Numbered from the stretch's first letter, positions 49,625 to 60,605 are shown. The stretch: DNA of 64,000 bases from Verrucomicrobiaceae bacterium (GCA_016795365.1 JAEUHN010000036.1:93163-157162), one strand, 5' to 3'. Notes: a model not told the origin generated them from the sequence alone. Made by a program: numbers and translations.

Positions 49625-50157
49625 GTTCTGTAGATGCACGTTGGACCCTTTTACCACAAGGGAGACCACATTCCCATCGTGACTGTCTGTTGAATCGGTG
49701 CCAGCCGCTAACGGGCTTTGCACATCTGCTCGTCGGCTCAGTCAGGTTCCGCGATCTGGCGGGAGCACCGACCTGAGCTTTACTTGCTTTACGATATTCG
49801 CACAAAACTCAGAATCACCATTAAAATAAAGTCTCGTCACATAGGTCATCGTTGAAACAAATCGCCTGTGCAATGCTCGTCTTCGACCGCCTCCAGGCTC
49901 CAAAAGATATCCACACCCGCAAGAGGACAACTGTGTGGATCAGCGAGACCAACTCGACAAACCCCCCCCCTTCTCGACAAAGCAGGGCGACTCATTCACG
50001 AATGTGCCCAAGTCATTCGCAGACTCCGGGGCAGTGGAACGCAAACCTTAGAAGCGGGGAACACGCTTACTCACAAATTCACAGCGATTACTGATAAGGC
50101 GATAAAGAAAACAGATCATCCATCAGAATCAATTCTGTGAAGAGTCGCGGCGGTGAA

Positions 50158-51249
50158 CTACTCCTGAAGTGATGCCCATGCACTCCGTATGAAGCGAATA
50201 TAATTACCATTCATAATATTAGTGACATCATCGCTGGAATAACCTCGCCGACTTAGCATCTCAGGAATCCGAGCAAGATCCGCGATCGTGTCCAAATCCG
50301 CTGGAGTCTGTTCGGTGCCATAGCCCCCATCCAGGTCCGTCCCGATACCCGCGTGAAGTGAGTTTCCTGCCAGCTGACAAACGTGATCGATGTGCTCCAC
50401 GATCACCTCCAGCCTTAACCCTGTCGATTGAGGCGTGGTCTGGCCTCGAATCCACCCAGGGATCATCATCCATGCGTCCAGTGCAGCACCCACCACGCCC
50501 CCGCGCTCAATGATGGCCTTTAGCTGCTCATCGCTGAACTGGCGGGGATCAGGCACCAGCGACCGGCAGTTCGAGTGACTCGCCCAGAGCGAGCCGCCAA
50601 AGATTTCCAGCGCATCCCAGAAGCAACCGTCGGACAGGTGAGTCACATCCAGGATCATGCCCAACCGATCCATCTCCTGCACCAGCTCCTTTCCAGCCGC
50701 AGACAGGCCACCCACTTGATCGTGGCCGAGCGCATAGCGGCACATCCCGTAGTGGGCGGGCCCCATCGCGCGCAGACCCTGTTCCCACGCCCGTTCCAGG
50801 TGGCCCACCGAGCGGATAGAATCTGCTCCCTCCAGGCTAAGTAGGTAACAAATCGGCTTGTCCTCATCTGCGGCATCGCTTTCCCACAACGCCAACGCTG
50901 CGTCCAGCCCGGCCAAGTTGCGGATCTGCCGCATGTGACCGTCTTCCTCCATCGCATGATACCAGGCCAGCTGGCCTTGCGTTTGGGACCACGCCTGATG
51001 GGGTGACATCCAATTCGCAATGGGACGGGCCCCCTTCATGCAACCGGCGAGCTGCGTGGCCACGCAGAGCCCCACACGACCCCGGCGCATGTCGGGGAAG
51101 GCCGTTGTGCTGGCCGCCCGACCCTTCAGATCCGTCATCCCCACCTCGCATCGCCTGATCTCGTGCGTGGGCAATCGCAGGTCACGATTGTATTCCAGGG
51201 CGTTCAAACTTAGGTCCAGGTGGCAATCAAAAATCAAAGGTGTGCGCAT
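50158..51249 (-). CDS. Membrane dipeptidase (peptidase family M19)
   Basis: Start at MRTPLIFDCHLDLSLN (the HxD zinc ligands at the N-terminus are typical of M19). Co-linear with renal-dipeptidase-family proteins along its length. Confidence 0.75.
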   Translation of the reverse strand: MRTPLIFDCHLDLSLNALEYNRDLRLPTHEIRRCEVGMTDLKGRAASTTAFPDMRRGRVGLCVATQLAGCMKGARPIANWMSPHQAWSQTQGQLAWYHAMEEDGHMRQIRNLAGLDAALALWESDAADEDKPICYLLSLEGADSIRSVGHLERAWEQGLRAMGPAHYGMCRYALGHDQVGGLSAAGKELVQEMDRLGMILDVTHLSDGCFWDALEIFGGSLWASHSNCRSLVPDPRQFSDEQLKAIIERGGVVGAALDAWMMIPGWIRGQTTPQSTGLRLEVIVEHIDHVCQLAGNSLHAGIGTDLDGGYGTEQTPADLDTIADLARIPEMLSRRGYSSDDVTNIMNGNYIRFIRSAWASLQE

Positions 51250-51469
51250 GAGTCCATAACCAACGGCCCACATTGGCTGCACCCATCAGGGAAAACTCAA
51301 TCAAGAATCGAGTTCCGCTTCATCATAGGTCGTCGAGCAGACTCATGATCTCTTGCCCGAATAGCGATGGATCTGTTACCTTTGCTCAATAGGGCAACAG
51401 AACCGTTGGTATGAACTCCACAAGCTTGTTGCTGATTCGACTGCTCGCCGAAAAAGTGATTCTCTCGCC

Positions 51470-51829
51470 ATGAAGCCTCTTCTCATAACCCTTGTGGCGC
51501 TTGTCACCATGACTGCTCAGGTTGCCGCAGAACTGATCACCACGGGAACGGCACTTGCGCGAGCGCAGATGGCGCTTGCAGAAGCTAGGCACACGAAGAG
51601 CGGCTTGGAGATGTCTGTCATGCCATCCGACATGGCTTTGGACTTTTGGACGGTTGGCGACGGCATTCTGATTATTGTTTACTCGCCTGCCACGGGATTG
51701 ATCACCTCACTATCATTCACCGTCATGGACGAGCGACCCAAGAGCACGCGAAAGGAGTTCTATTTTCCAGCTGATTCATTTGATACGGCGACTGGAAAGC
51801 TTGTTCTCAGCACCAAGAAGCCCCGGTGA
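51470..51829 (+). CDS. Hypothetical small secreted protein
   Basis: Signal peptide MKPLLITLVALVTMTAQVAA. Lower-GC context. No family recognised. Confidence 0.35.
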   Translation: MKPLLITLVALVTMTAQVAAELITTGTALARAQMALAEARHTKSGLEMSVMPSDMALDFWTVGDGILIIVYSPATGLITSLSFTVMDERPKSTRKEFYFPADSFDTATGKLVLSTKKPR

Positions 51830-52030
51830 GTTTGAATCTCCATCAACTCTGACTCCGAACAAAACGCTGGTGCCAACAGATCGAAGCCGTTTATCGTGGC
51901 ATTGACGGCTGCCAGTGTCCTGCTCCATCCCAGCCCGGTGTCGCGGCGATCCAGGTCGTCAGGATTGTGACAAAGCTGAGCGATCACCGATGTGACGCCA
52001 GTCGCTATCGATGGGTCACGGTGGATGAGC

Positions 52031-52390
52031 TTAGCCAAGTCCCAGGCGCTCGACTTCATCCTCGTCGAGGCCGAGGTAATGGGCGAGTTCGTGGAGGAGG
52101 GTGGTTTTCACTTCGTCGCGGTAGGTGGAGATGTCGCCCTCGGCGTAATCCCAGAGGCTGGGGAGAAAGAGGGTGATGCGGGGGAGCTCGTCGGCGGACT
52201 GAGGCTCGGGATCGTGCCGGGCGTTGCCCTCGAAGAGGCCGAGGAGGTCGTGGTCCTCGGGGATGGTGGCGAGGTCGATGCGGCAGCGGTCGGCCTCGGC
52301 GCGAAGCTCGGCGGGCAAAGTGGCGAGCACCTGGGCGACGACGCGGTGGGCGATGAGTTCCTGGGGACTACTGCGGGGTCGCGTTGACAT
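52031..52390 (-). CDS. Minimal zinc metalloprotease-like (HExxH) small protein
   Basis: HELAHYLGLDEDEVERLGL contains HExxH in a ~120-aa protein, consistent with the MMP-like minimal metallopeptidase family. Start chosen at MSTRP; it overlaps the thioesterase gene's 3' end by ~20 bp. Confidence 0.5.
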   Translation of the reverse strand: MSTRPRSSPQELIAHRVVAQVLATLPAELRAEADRCRIDLATIPEDHDLLGLFEGNARHDPEPQSADELPRITLFLPSLWDYAEGDISTYRDEVKTTLLHELAHYLGLDEDEVERLGLG

Positions 52391-52790
52391 ATTTTTCCTT
52401 CCAGTCAGCGGGCAGGCGGAGGGGGCGGCCGAGGGGCATCTGCACGAGGGCAAGCTGCTGGCGGCAGGTGATGAGGAGGGTGTGGTCGCCGTGACGGCGC
52501 ATCTCGAAGGCGCACCAGAAGCGGGCACGCTCTACGGAATCGAGCCAGCCTTTGATGACGAGTTCGTCGCCGAGGGTGGCAGGCTTGCGGTAATCGATTT
52601 CGGTGCGGACGACGACGGGATACACCTGGGTCTGGGCCATCTCGCGGAGCTGCATCCCCATGCGGGCGGCAAGGCGGGTGCGCGCGGTCTCGATCATGCG
52701 GAGGTAGGCGAGGTTATGCACCACGCCGCCGATGTCGGTATCGAAAAACATGACTTCCTCGCGGGTCTCGATGGTGGGAATCTCTGCCAT
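52368..52790 (-). CDS. Hotdog-fold acyl-CoA thioesterase (4HBT/YbgC-like)
   Basis: 140 aa. FFDTDIGGVVHNLAYLRMIETARTRL matches the 4HBT catalytic-Asp region of YbgC-family thioesterases. Confidence 0.7.
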   Translation of the reverse strand: MAEIPTIETREEVMFFDTDIGGVVHNLAYLRMIETARTRLAARMGMQLREMAQTQVYPVVVRTEIDYRKPATLGDELVIKGWLDSVERARFWCAFEMRRHGDHTLLITCRQQLALVQMPLGRPLRLPADWKEKYVNATPQ

Positions 52791-52832
52791 AGCGTTCCCT
52801 CATAAACCCGCTAGCATCGCGAGGCAACGCTC

Positions 52833-53618
52833 ATGGCTCTCTCCCTCGACTGGTATTCCACCCCGCTGTATTACGACATCATCTTCGACGCTGACACGAA
52901 GAAGGAAGCGACCTTCCTGGAGGAGGTGTATCGGATTTATGGCCGGGTGAAAGGGAAGCCGGTGCCGCGGGTGCTGGAGCCGGCGTGTGGGAGTGCGCGA
53001 CTGATGCTGGAGCTGGCCAAGCGGGGCTGGCAGACGTTTGGTTTCGACCTGAGCCCGGAGATGATCGACTTCTCAAAGAAACGGATGAAGAAGCATGCAT
53101 CGCTGCTCTGGGTGGATCGCATGGAGAGCTTCCAAGTGCCAGGAAAGGTGAAGTTCCCCCTGGCGCACACCTTGGTGAGCACCTTCAAGTATCTGCTCAC
53201 GGAGGCGGAGGCCGAGGCGCATCTCCAGCGGGTGGCGGAGAGTCTTTTGCCCGGCGGCATCTATGTGCTGGGAGTGCACCTCACAGACTACACACAGACA
53301 ACCCCTGACCACGAGAGGTGGTCGGGTGAACGTGCGGGCGTGGAGGTGGTGTGCAACATCCACAGCTGGCCTGCGGACAAAAAATCTCGCCTGGAGAAGG
53401 TGCGGTCACGCCTCCGCATCACGAAGGGCGGGGAGACAAAGCAGCAGGAGACGGTCTGGCATTTTCGCACCTATGATGCGGCACAGTTGAGAGCTTTGCT
53501 GAAAAAGATTCCAAGTTTGGAACTTGTAGCTTGCTACGATTTTACTCACACCCTGGAAAACCAGCGCGAGCTTGATGACAGCTACTCGGATTGCGTGACT
53601 ATTTTGCGAAAGCGCTGA
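52833..53618 (+). CDS. Class I SAM-dependent methyltransferase
   Basis: Motif I VLEPACGSARLMLELAKRG and post-I acidic FGFDLSPEMI, typical of Rossmann-fold methyltransferases. Confidence 0.7.
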   Translation: MALSLDWYSTPLYYDIIFDADTKKEATFLEEVYRIYGRVKGKPVPRVLEPACGSARLMLELAKRGWQTFGFDLSPEMIDFSKKRMKKHASLLWVDRMESFQVPGKVKFPLAHTLVSTFKYLLTEAEAEAHLQRVAESLLPGGIYVLGVHLTDYTQTTPDHERWSGERAGVEVVCNIHSWPADKKSRLEKVRSRLRITKGGETKQQETVWHFRTYDAAQLRALLKKIPSLELVACYDFTHTLENQRELDDSYSDCVTILRKR

Positions 53619-53855
53619 TCACGCAGCGGTCTTCTTTTTGGCTGCCACTTTGGCCTTGGGCTTCGCTTTGGTCGCTTTCGGTGCGGCAGTGAGGCTGGTT
53701 TGCCAATCGGAAATGGTCATCCAGTCGGTGGTCAACTCGCGCCGAACGTAGTCGCTGGGGACAACGATGCCGCGCTTGATGAAGTCGAGGACTTCCGTGG
53801 GTTTGAAGGGACCGAAGTCAACGAACGATCTGCTCAAGTAGAGGGCGTCTGTCAT
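53619..53855 (-). CDS. Small GYF/DUF4339-like domain protein with a Lys/Ala-rich C-terminal tail
   Basis: Start at MTDALYL. FVDFGPFKPTEVLDFIKRGIVVPSDYVRRELTTDWMTISDW resembles a GYF_2 domain. Tail AAPKATKAKPKAKVAAKKKTAA. Confidence 0.4.
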   Translation of the reverse strand: MTDALYLSRSFVDFGPFKPTEVLDFIKRGIVVPSDYVRRELTTDWMTISDWQTSLTAAPKATKAKPKAKVAAKKKTAA

Positions 53856-54186
53856 GAGGAGGGAAGGGTGGGGGTTTTTGGCGAGGGTGGGAGGAACCCT
53901 CGAGATGATGGGGAGCAATTCCCCTGCCAAAAATTCTGTCGCCTTCCAGCGGGCGGTGGTGACACAGCTGTCACGGAGGGACTGGAGCAATCACAAAGGC
54001 TTCAAACACGAATCCCAACGAATGGGACGCGAATGATCGCAAATTACGGCGCACTGTCAGATTTGTGGTCACTCGTTTTCATTCGCGGTCACTCGCGTTG
54101 AAAACGAAATCCATCCACCCTTCGCACTCATGCCAGCGCACTGTCTTTGTCCATCCTAGCGCCCAGAGCAACGACGTCGGCACCAC

Positions 54187-55266
54187 TTACGCCATCGCCT
54201 TCTGGCGCAACCAGTGGTCCACCAGCACGAGGTGAACCATCGCCTCCACCATCGGCACCGCGCGTGGGAGCACGCAGGCATCGTGGCGGCCACGAGCGGC
54301 GAGCGTGGTCTCTTCGTGTGTGTTGGTGATGGTTTTCTGCTCTATCAAGATGGTGGCCGTCGGCTTGAAGGCGACACGAAAGACGATGTCCTCGCCGTTG
54401 CTGATGCCGCCCTGGATGCCACCGCTGCGATTCGTGCGGGTGCGGACGCGGTCGCCATCCATGTAAAACTCGTCGTTGTGCTCGCGACCGGTGAGCAGGG
54501 TGCCGCTGAAGCCGCTGCCGACTTCAAAGCCCTTGGTCGCAGGCAGGCTAAGCATGGCCTTGCCGAGGTCAGCCTCCAGGCGGTCGAACACAGGCTCGCC
54601 TAGGCCGGGGGGCACGCCGCGGATCACGCACTCAATCACGCCGCCCACGGAATTCCCCTCGCTGCGCACCTGGGTGATGAGGTCGATCATAGGCTCCACC
54701 ATGGCTGGATCGCCGGTGCGGACAATGTTGCTCTCGACCTGCTCGGCGGTGACGGTGGAGGGATCGACGTTCGCGGTCAGCCCCTGGATCGTCTTCACGT
54801 AGGCGACGGCCTCGTAGTTCGGCAGGGTGGACTGCAAAACTTTGCGGGCAATGGCTCCACCAGCGACCCGGCCGATCGTCTCGCGAGCTGAGGAACGACC
54901 ACCGCCGCTCACGGCACGGATGCCGAACTTCGCATCGTAAGTGTAGTCCGCGTGGCTGGGGCGGTAGGCCGTTTGCATCTCGGTGTAGGCCGAGGGACGT
55001 TGATCGGTGTTGCGCACCAGGATGCCGATCGGTGTGCCGAGCGTTTGTCCGTCCAGCACGCCGGAGAGGATCTCGGCGCGGTCGTCTTCCTTGCGGGGTG
55101 TTACGATCTTGCTCTGGCCTGGGCGGCGGCGATCCAGCTCGTATTGGAGGTCGGCCTCAGACAAGGCAATGCGTGGCGGGCAGCCGTCGACGACGACACC
55201 GACGCCGACGCCATGAGATTCCCCAAATGTGCTGATGCGAAAGAGAGTGCCTAAGTTGCTCGCCAT
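54187..55266 (-). CDS. aroC: Chorismate synthase
   Basis: Start at [19 protein letters not shown] (canonical AroC N-terminus). GGRSSARET and the C-terminal [17 protein letters not shown] motifs. Confidence 0.9.
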   Translation of the reverse strand: MASNLGTLFRISTFGESHGVGVGVVVDGCPPRIALSEADLQYELDRRRPGQSKIVTPRKEDDRAEILSGVLDGQTLGTPIGILVRNTDQRPSAYTEMQTAYRPSHADYTYDAKFGIRAVSGGGRSSARETIGRVAGGAIARKVLQSTLPNYEAVAYVKTIQGLTANVDPSTVTAEQVESNIVRTGDPAMVEPMIDLITQVRSEGNSVGGVIECVIRGVPPGLGEPVFDRLEADLGKAMLSLPATKGFEVGSGFSGTLLTGREHNDEFYMDGDRVRTRTNRSGGIQGGISNGEDIVFRVAFKPTATILIEQKTITNTHEETTLAARGRHDACVLPRAVPMVEAMVHLVLVDHWLRQKAMA

Positions 55267-55374
55267 GGTGTGAAGGCCGCGACCATGCCACTGCGACAAA
55301 CGCGGCGCAACGAGGGCGGCAAAGTTTGTGAACGAAGGCTTTCCTTCCTGGGCTGCTGTGATAAAACCGCGGCC

Positions 55375-55656
55375 ATGAAACGCCCCCTTTTTCTGTGCTG
55401 CCTCGCTGCCGCTGTGCTGACACTTTTGCCCGGATGCAACAGCCCGGCCGCGAACGGCTTGCTCAACAACACGTTGGGCATTCCGGTCCGCATTTTACAA
55501 GCCCTGGGACGCACTGCGGGAATGACAGCCCAGACCGATCAACCCTCCGAGAGCCCTGAAGCCGTGCGCCTCCGCGGCCAGCAGATCGAGCAACGCGGTC
55601 CTCATGCCCCGGTGCTAACGTCGAGCCCCTCGGCTGCCAACGTGGTGCAACGCTAA
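55375..55656 (+). CDS. Putative small lipoprotein
   Basis: [23 protein letters not shown] (lipobox L-L-P-G-C) followed by ~70 low-complexity residues. Confidence 0.35.
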   Translation: MKRPLFLCCLAAAVLTLLPGCNSPAANGLLNNTLGIPVRILQALGRTAGMTAQTDQPSESPEAVRLRGQQIEQRGPHAPVLTSSPSAANVVQR

Positions 55657-55659
55657 GCT

Positions 55660-56208
55660 TTGCTCATGGCCCGACGCCCAGCCGTCTTCTTTGATCGCGA
55701 TGGCGTGGTGAATGTCTCGCCAGGCGATGGCTACGTGCTGAGCTGGTCGAGGTTCGAGTTCAGCCCCGGCATCTTCGAGGCGACACGCCTGTGCCGTGAT
55801 CGCGGCTATGCGCTCGTGGTCGTCACCAGCCAGCAGGGCGTGGGCAAGGGGCTGATGTCCCAAGCGGACCTCGACTTCATTCACCAGCAGATGCAGGACA
55901 CGCTGCGCGTCCAAGGCGCACCCTTTGATGCCATCGAGGCCTGCACCCATCTGTCGGGCACCTGCACCTGCCGGAAGCCAAGTCCTGAGATGATCCTTCG
56001 CGCCGCCGCCGAGCTGGACCTCGACTTGTCCCAGTCCTGGCTCGTTGGCGATCACGACCGCGACATTCAGATGGCGATCAATGCCGGTGTGCCGCACACC
56101 ATTCGCGTCCTCAGCCACCACTCGCCTACCGTGCCCGCCGAGCACACGATCTCCAGTCCCGCCGAGTTGCCAACGTTGTTAGACCGGGTGCTCCGGGTCG
56201 CCGGCTAG
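55660..56208 (+). CDS. gmhB: D-glycero-beta-D-manno-heptose-1,7-bisphosphate 7-phosphatase (HAD family, histidinol-phosphatase-like)
   Basis: HAD motif I FFDRDGVVN. Zinc-binding insert C-x-H...C-T-C followed by RKP (CTHLSGTCTCRKP). Motif IV GDHDRD. Confidence 0.75.
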   Translation: MLMARRPAVFFDRDGVVNVSPGDGYVLSWSRFEFSPGIFEATRLCRDRGYALVVVTSQQGVGKGLMSQADLDFIHQQMQDTLRVQGAPFDAIEACTHLSGTCTCRKPSPEMILRAAAELDLDLSQSWLVGDHDRDIQMAINAGVPHTIRVLSHHSPTVPAEHTISSPAELPTLLDRVLRVAG

Positions 56209-56279
56209 ATCCTAGATGCGATCAAGATGGGAAGAACCTCCCATTCTGGCCATCGGGAATCCGGTGACCAGCACCGAGC

Positions 56280-56756
56280 CTAGAGCTTCATCGCGTAGTG
56301 AACCTGGCGCGCCACTTCCTCAAAGCCACACGAGGGATACAAGTGCTGGCCGACGGCATTGCTCGCCATCGTTTCGATCACGGCGACGTGCAGACCCTGA
56401 TCGCGAAAGTAGCCGAGCGCGTGATTGATCAGCCGACGGCCCAGCCCGAGGCCACGCGCTTCTTCGGTCACAGCCATGTTCGGGATGCGACCCCGCGAAT
56501 TGTGACGGTCCACGCGGGTCGTGATGTAGCCCAGGATCTGATCGCCGCGCACCGCGAGGAACACGCCGTCGGGGTTCGAGGCACAGTCGTCATCAATGTG
56601 ATCCGCTTTCCTCGCCTTCCAGCTCCGCTCGTTCCACTGGCCAAATCGTTCCTCCAGCATCTGCTCCAAGGCAACGCCACTGAACGAATCGACAGTGATC
56701 TGGCGCAGCACGGGGAGATCAGTGGGCCGGAAGGTGCGAACGGTGATGTCAGTCAT
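56280..56756 (-). CDS. GNAT-family N-acetyltransferase
   Basis: Start at MTDITVRTF. Acetyl-CoA binding motif A ([19 protein letters not shown]). 158 aa. Confidence 0.75.
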   Translation of the reverse strand: MTDITVRTFRPTDLPVLRQITVDSFSGVALEQMLEERFGQWNERSWKARKADHIDDDCASNPDGVFLAVRGDQILGYITTRVDRHNSRGRIPNMAVTEEARGLGLGRRLINHALGYFRDQGLHVAVIETMASNAVGQHLYPSCGFEEVARQVHYAMKL

Positions 56757-56904
56757 GCGAGGACATTTACGATTCCGAGAACCGAAAGCATTCGAATCTG
56801 CCTCGCAATTCCTGCCCTCGCGTTTGCACGCCCGGCGCAGCGTGCTACGCTCGCGGCCCCCGCCAAGGTGGCGGCCGTTACTTCCTCCAAACTTCGACAC
56901 ACTC

Positions 56905-58314
56905 ATGGGCAAGACACTCTTCGCAAAAGTCTGGGACTCGCACGCGGTCCGCACTCTCTCGAATGGACAGACGCAGTTCCTCATCGACACGCATCTCGTT
57001 CACGAAGTGACCAGCCCGCAGGCCTTCGGCATGTTGCGCGATCTTGGGCTGAAGGTCGCCTACCCGAACCGCACCTTTGCGACCGTGGACCACATCGTGC
57101 CGACCGACAGCCAGGTCGCGCCCTTCGCTGATCCTTTGGCCGAAGAAATGATCCAGGCGCTGAACAAGAACGCGCAGGAGTTCGGCATCACCTACTTCAG
57201 CCTCGCGACGGGCAAGCAGGGCATCGTGCATGTGGTCGGACCTGAGCAGGGCATCACGCAGCCGGGCACCACGATCGCTTGCGGTGACTCGCACACCGCC
57301 ACGCATGGTGCGTTCGGCGCGATTGCGTTCGGCATCGGCACCACGCAGGTGCGCGACGTGCTCGCGACGCAAACGATGGCGCTGAACCCAATGAAGGTCC
57401 GCCGCATCAATGTGAACGGCAAGCTGCGCCCCGGCGTGTATGCCAAGGATGTGACGCTGCACATCATCCGCCTGCTGGGCGCGAACGGCGGCATCGGCCA
57501 CGCCTATGAATACGGTGGCAATGTCTTCGACGAGATGACGATGGAAGAGCGCATGACCGTGTGCAACATGGCCATCGAAGGCGGTGCCCGCTGTGGTTAC
57601 ATCAATCCCGACGACACCACGTTCGCTTACCTGAAAGGCCGTCCCTACTCGCCCACCGGAGAGGCTTGGGACAAGGCAGTCGCGCAGTGGCGCACCTTCG
57701 CCAGCGATGCGGACTGCGTCTATGACGACGTGGTCAACATCAAGGCCGAGGACATCCCGCCGACCGTGACCTGGGGCGTGAGCCCGGACCAGGCCATCGC
57801 CGTCACCGAAAACGTGCCGTCGCCTGACGACGCGAAGAACGACGTGCAGCGCGCTAGCATCAACGAAGCGCTCGCCTACATGAAGCTGCCCGCTGGCAAG
57901 CCGATCAAGGGAACCAAGGTGGACGTGGCCTTCATCGGCTCCTGCACCAACGGTCGCCTCAGCGATTTCCGCGAAGTGGCGAAGTTCATCAAGGGCAAGA
58001 AGGTCAACCCGAGCGTGAAGGCCATCGCCGTCCCCGGCTCGCAGATCGTGGACGTGCTCGCGCGTCAGGAAGGCCTCGACAAAGTCTTCACCGAAGCCGG
58101 CTTCGAATGGCGCGGTGCTGGCTGCTCCATGTGCCTCGCGATGAACCCTGACAAGCTCATCGGTGACCAGCTCTGCGCCTCGTCCTCGAACCGCAACTTC
58201 AAAGGTCGCCAGGGCTCGCCCACGGGCCGCACGGTGCTCATGTCGCCCGTGATGGTCGCTGCGGCAGCGATCAACGGCAGCATCGCTGATGCTCGCGAAG
58301 TCTTCTCCATCTAA
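56905..58314 (+). CDS. leuC: 3-isopropylmalate dehydratase large subunit
   Basis: [13 protein letters not shown]...[12 protein letters not shown]-terminus. Fe-S cysteine ligands ([17 protein letters not shown]). Typical LeuC. The antisense ORF 56878..58353 is spurious. Confidence 0.9.
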   Translation: MGKTLFAKVWDSHAVRTLSNGQTQFLIDTHLVHEVTSPQAFGMLRDLGLKVAYPNRTFATVDHIVPTDSQVAPFADPLAEEMIQALNKNAQEFGITYFSLATGKQGIVHVVGPEQGITQPGTTIACGDSHTATHGAFGAIAFGIGTTQVRDVLATQTMALNPMKVRRINVNGKLRPGVYAKDVTLHIIRLLGANGGIGHAYEYGGNVFDEMTMEERMTVCNMAIEGGARCGYINPDDTTFAYLKGRPYSPTGEAWDKAVAQWRTFASDADCVYDDVVNIKAEDIPPTVTWGVSPDQAIAVTENVPSPDDAKNDVQRASINEALAYMKLPAGKPIKGTKVDVAFIGSCTNGRLSDFREVAKFIKGKKVNPSVKAIAVPGSQIVDVLARQEGLDKVFTEAGFEWRGAGCSMCLAMNPDKLIGDQLCASSSNRNFKGRQGSPTGRTVLMSPVMVAAAAINGSIADAREVFSI

Positions 58315-58333
58315 CCCTTTTCCAAACGACACC

Positions 58334-58933
58334 ATGGCACTCGCAAAAATCACCTCCGTCTCCGGCCGCGCTGTTCACGTTCCAGGCGCTGACATCGATA
58401 CCGACCGCATCATCCCTGCGCGCTTCATGAAGTGCGTCACGTTCGATGGCCTCGGCGAATTCGCGTTCTACGACGTTCGCAAAAATGAAGACGGCAGCGA
58501 CAAACAGCATCCGCTCAACGAGCCCCGTTTCAAAGGCGCAAGCATCCTGCTGGCGGACTCCAACTTCGGCTGCGGCAGCTCCCGTGAGCATGCTCCGCAG
58601 GCGCTGTATCGCTTCGGCTTTCGTGCGGTCATCGCGCAAAGCTTTGCCGAGATCTTCTTCGGCAACTGCACCACGCTCGGCATCCCTTGCGTGATCGCGA
58701 GCGAGGCTGACATCAAAGCCTTGTCCGACGCGGTGAACGCTGACCCAACTCTCGAAGTCACCGTCGATGTCGCCAATGACCAAGTCCGTTACGGCGACAA
58801 GAGCTTCAAGGCCAGCAGCGCCACCACGGCGAAGGAAGCACTCATCACCGGTCACTGGGACCCCATCGGCGAGCTGCTCGAAGCCAAGGACGACGTGGCT
58901 AGCAAGATGAAGGCTCTCGGCTGGGCGGCCTAG
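58334..58933 (+). CDS. leuD: 3-isopropylmalate dehydratase small subunit
   Basis: Follows leuC by 19 bp. DIDTDRIIPARF and GCGSSREHAPQAL are canonical LeuD. Confidence 0.9.
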   Translation: MALAKITSVSGRAVHVPGADIDTDRIIPARFMKCVTFDGLGEFAFYDVRKNEDGSDKQHPLNEPRFKGASILLADSNFGCGSSREHAPQALYRFGFRAVIAQSFAEIFFGNCTTLGIPCVIASEADIKALSDAVNADPTLEVTVDVANDQVRYGDKSFKASSATTAKEALITGHWDPIGELLEAKDDVASKMKALGWAA

Positions 58934-58940
58934 TTTTCCC

Positions 58941-60605
58941 ATGTCCCTGCTCGTCATCGGTCACCGCAATCCCGATACCGACGCGATTTGCTCGGCCATC
59001 GGTTACGCAGCGTTCCTGCGTGCTTCGAAGAACGAAGACGCGCAGGCGGCGTGCTGTGGCGAGTTGAACGTGCGCACGTCCTGGGTGCTGAAGCAGGCTG
59101 GCCTTGAGCCGCCCAAGCTTGTGCTCGATGTGCGTCCTACGGCCGCAAGCATTGCGCGCAAAGAAGTGGTGACGGCTCGTCCCGACGAGACACTCCTCGC
59201 CGTGAATCGCCGACTGCTCGAGCACGAGTTCCGCAGCATTCCCGTCGTCGATGAAGAAGGATGTCTGCTTGGCATGCCCTCCCTGGCAGACATCGCGCAG
59301 CTCTTGATGCCACCGACTCAGGCCGACGATGCGAATCATCGCCGCGTCAGAACCAGTTTGCACAATATGGTCGAGGTGCTGGAAGCAGTGCGTGCAGGCA
59401 CGGCGGAAGCTTCGCGGCAGGTGGAGGAGCTGATCCTCACGATTGCGGGATCGAGCCGGGAAACGACGAAGGCGCGTGCGACGCAGTTTGATCCGCGCAA
59501 GGTTGTCCTCATTGTCGGGGATCGTCCCGAGATTCACGAATTGGCCATTGAGTCGGGCGTGCGATGCCTGGTGATCACGGGTGGATTCCAATTGGATGAA
59601 AAGCTGGAGTTCATTGCCCACGAAAAGAAGATCGGCGTCATCCTTTCGAAGCACGACACCGCGACGACAGCGCAGTTGATTCGCTTTTCGCGCCCGGTCG
59701 GCGAGGCGCTTTCGCACGAGTTCCTCTCCTTCGGCACGAAGACGCTGGTGAAGGAAATCCTGCCTGCCGTCGCAACCTCGCATCAGCCCTTGTTCCCTGT
59801 CATCGACGAAACCACACACCAGCTCGCCGGCGTGTTCTCCAAGTCCGATCTTATCGATGTGCCACGCACCAAGCTGGTGCTCGTGGATCACAACGAGTTC
59901 GCCCAAGCCGTGACTGGTGCAGACGAAGCCGAGATTCTTGAGGTCATCGATCACCATCGTCTCAGCGGCAATCTGCGAACCAAAGAGCCGATTCGTTTCA
60001 TCAATGAACCGGTGGGCAGCACCAGCACGATCGTTGCGCTGATGTATCGGATGCGCGGGCTGGTGCCGGATCGAGCGACGGCACTCTGCTTGTGCGCTGG
60101 TTTGATTAGCGACACGCTGCATCTCACTTCACCCACGACGACGAACACTGACAAAGACATCCTCAGCTGGCTCTCGGGAGTGGCGGGCATTGATCGTGAT
60201 CAGTTCGTGAAGGACTTCTTTGCCGCCGGTTCGATGCTGCGTGAGAGCACACCCGCAGCGGCCATCGAGAGTGATCGCAAGGAGTTCGAAGAGAACGGCT
60301 GGCGCATCAGCATCAGCCAGATTGAAGAACTGGGGCTGGATGAATTCTGGAAGCGTGAGGAGGATCTGCTCGCTGCTCTCGAAGCGGTTCGAGACAAGCG
60401 CGGGCTGCACTTCTCCTGCTTGATGGTAACAGACATTTCCGAGCATAACAGCGTGCTGCTGGTAACAGGAAACCAGCGCGTGATCGACGGTATCGAGTAT
60501 CCCGAGATGCGTCCGCACCTGCACCACATGCCCGGCGTTGTCAGCCGCAAGAAGCAGCTCTTCCCTTACCTTGGCCGAGTGCTGTCGAAGATCGCGGCGC
60601 CTTGA
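58941..60605 (+). CDS. ppaC: CBS-domain-containing family II inorganic pyrophosphatase (DHH-CBS-CBS-DHH-DHHA2)
   Basis: N-terminal DHH (LLVIGHRNPDTDAICSAIGYA). Inserted CBS pair (VVTARPDETLLAVNRRLLEHEFRSIPVVDE... / LFPVIDETTHQLAGVFSKSDL). LVDHNE..DHHRL. DHHA2 with GSTSTIV and a substrate-binding region. Confidence 0.85.
   Translation: MSLLVIGHRNPDTDAICSAIGYAAFLRASKNEDAQAACCGELNVRTSWVLKQAGLEPPKLVLDVRPTAASIARKEVVTARPDETLLAVNRRLLEHEFRSIPVVDEEGCLLGMPSLADIAQLLMPPTQADDANHRRVRTSLHNMVEVLEAVRAGTAEASRQVEELILTIAGSSRETTKARATQFDPRKVVLIVGDRPEIHELAIESGVRCLVITGGFQLDEKLEFIAHEKKIGVILSKHDTATTAQLIRFSRPVGEALSHEFLSFGTKTLVKEILPAVATSHQPLFPVIDETTHQLAGVFSKSDLIDVPRTKLVLVDHNEFAQAVTGADEAEILEVIDHHRLSGNLRTKEPIRFINEPVGSTSTIVALMYRMRGLVPDRATALCLCAGLISDTLHLTSPTTTNTDKDILSWLSGVAGIDRDQFVKDFFAAGSMLRESTPAAAIESDRKEFEENGWRISISQIEELGLDEFWKREEDLLAALEAVRDKRGLHFSCLMVTDISEHNSVLLVTGNQRVIDGIEYPEMRPHLHHMPGVVSRKKQLFPYLGRVLSKIAAP

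Noticed and set aside
52368-52390. Apparent ~20-bp overlap between the thioesterase gene 3' end and the metalloprotease-like gene start
   Set aside because: Most likely reflects uncertainty in the metalloprotease start (the ORF's upstream GTG versus the internal ATG) rather than a meaningful overlap. Not treated as a finding.
56878-58353. 491-aa minus-strand ORF opposite leuC
   Set aside because: Antisense shadow of a universally conserved gene.
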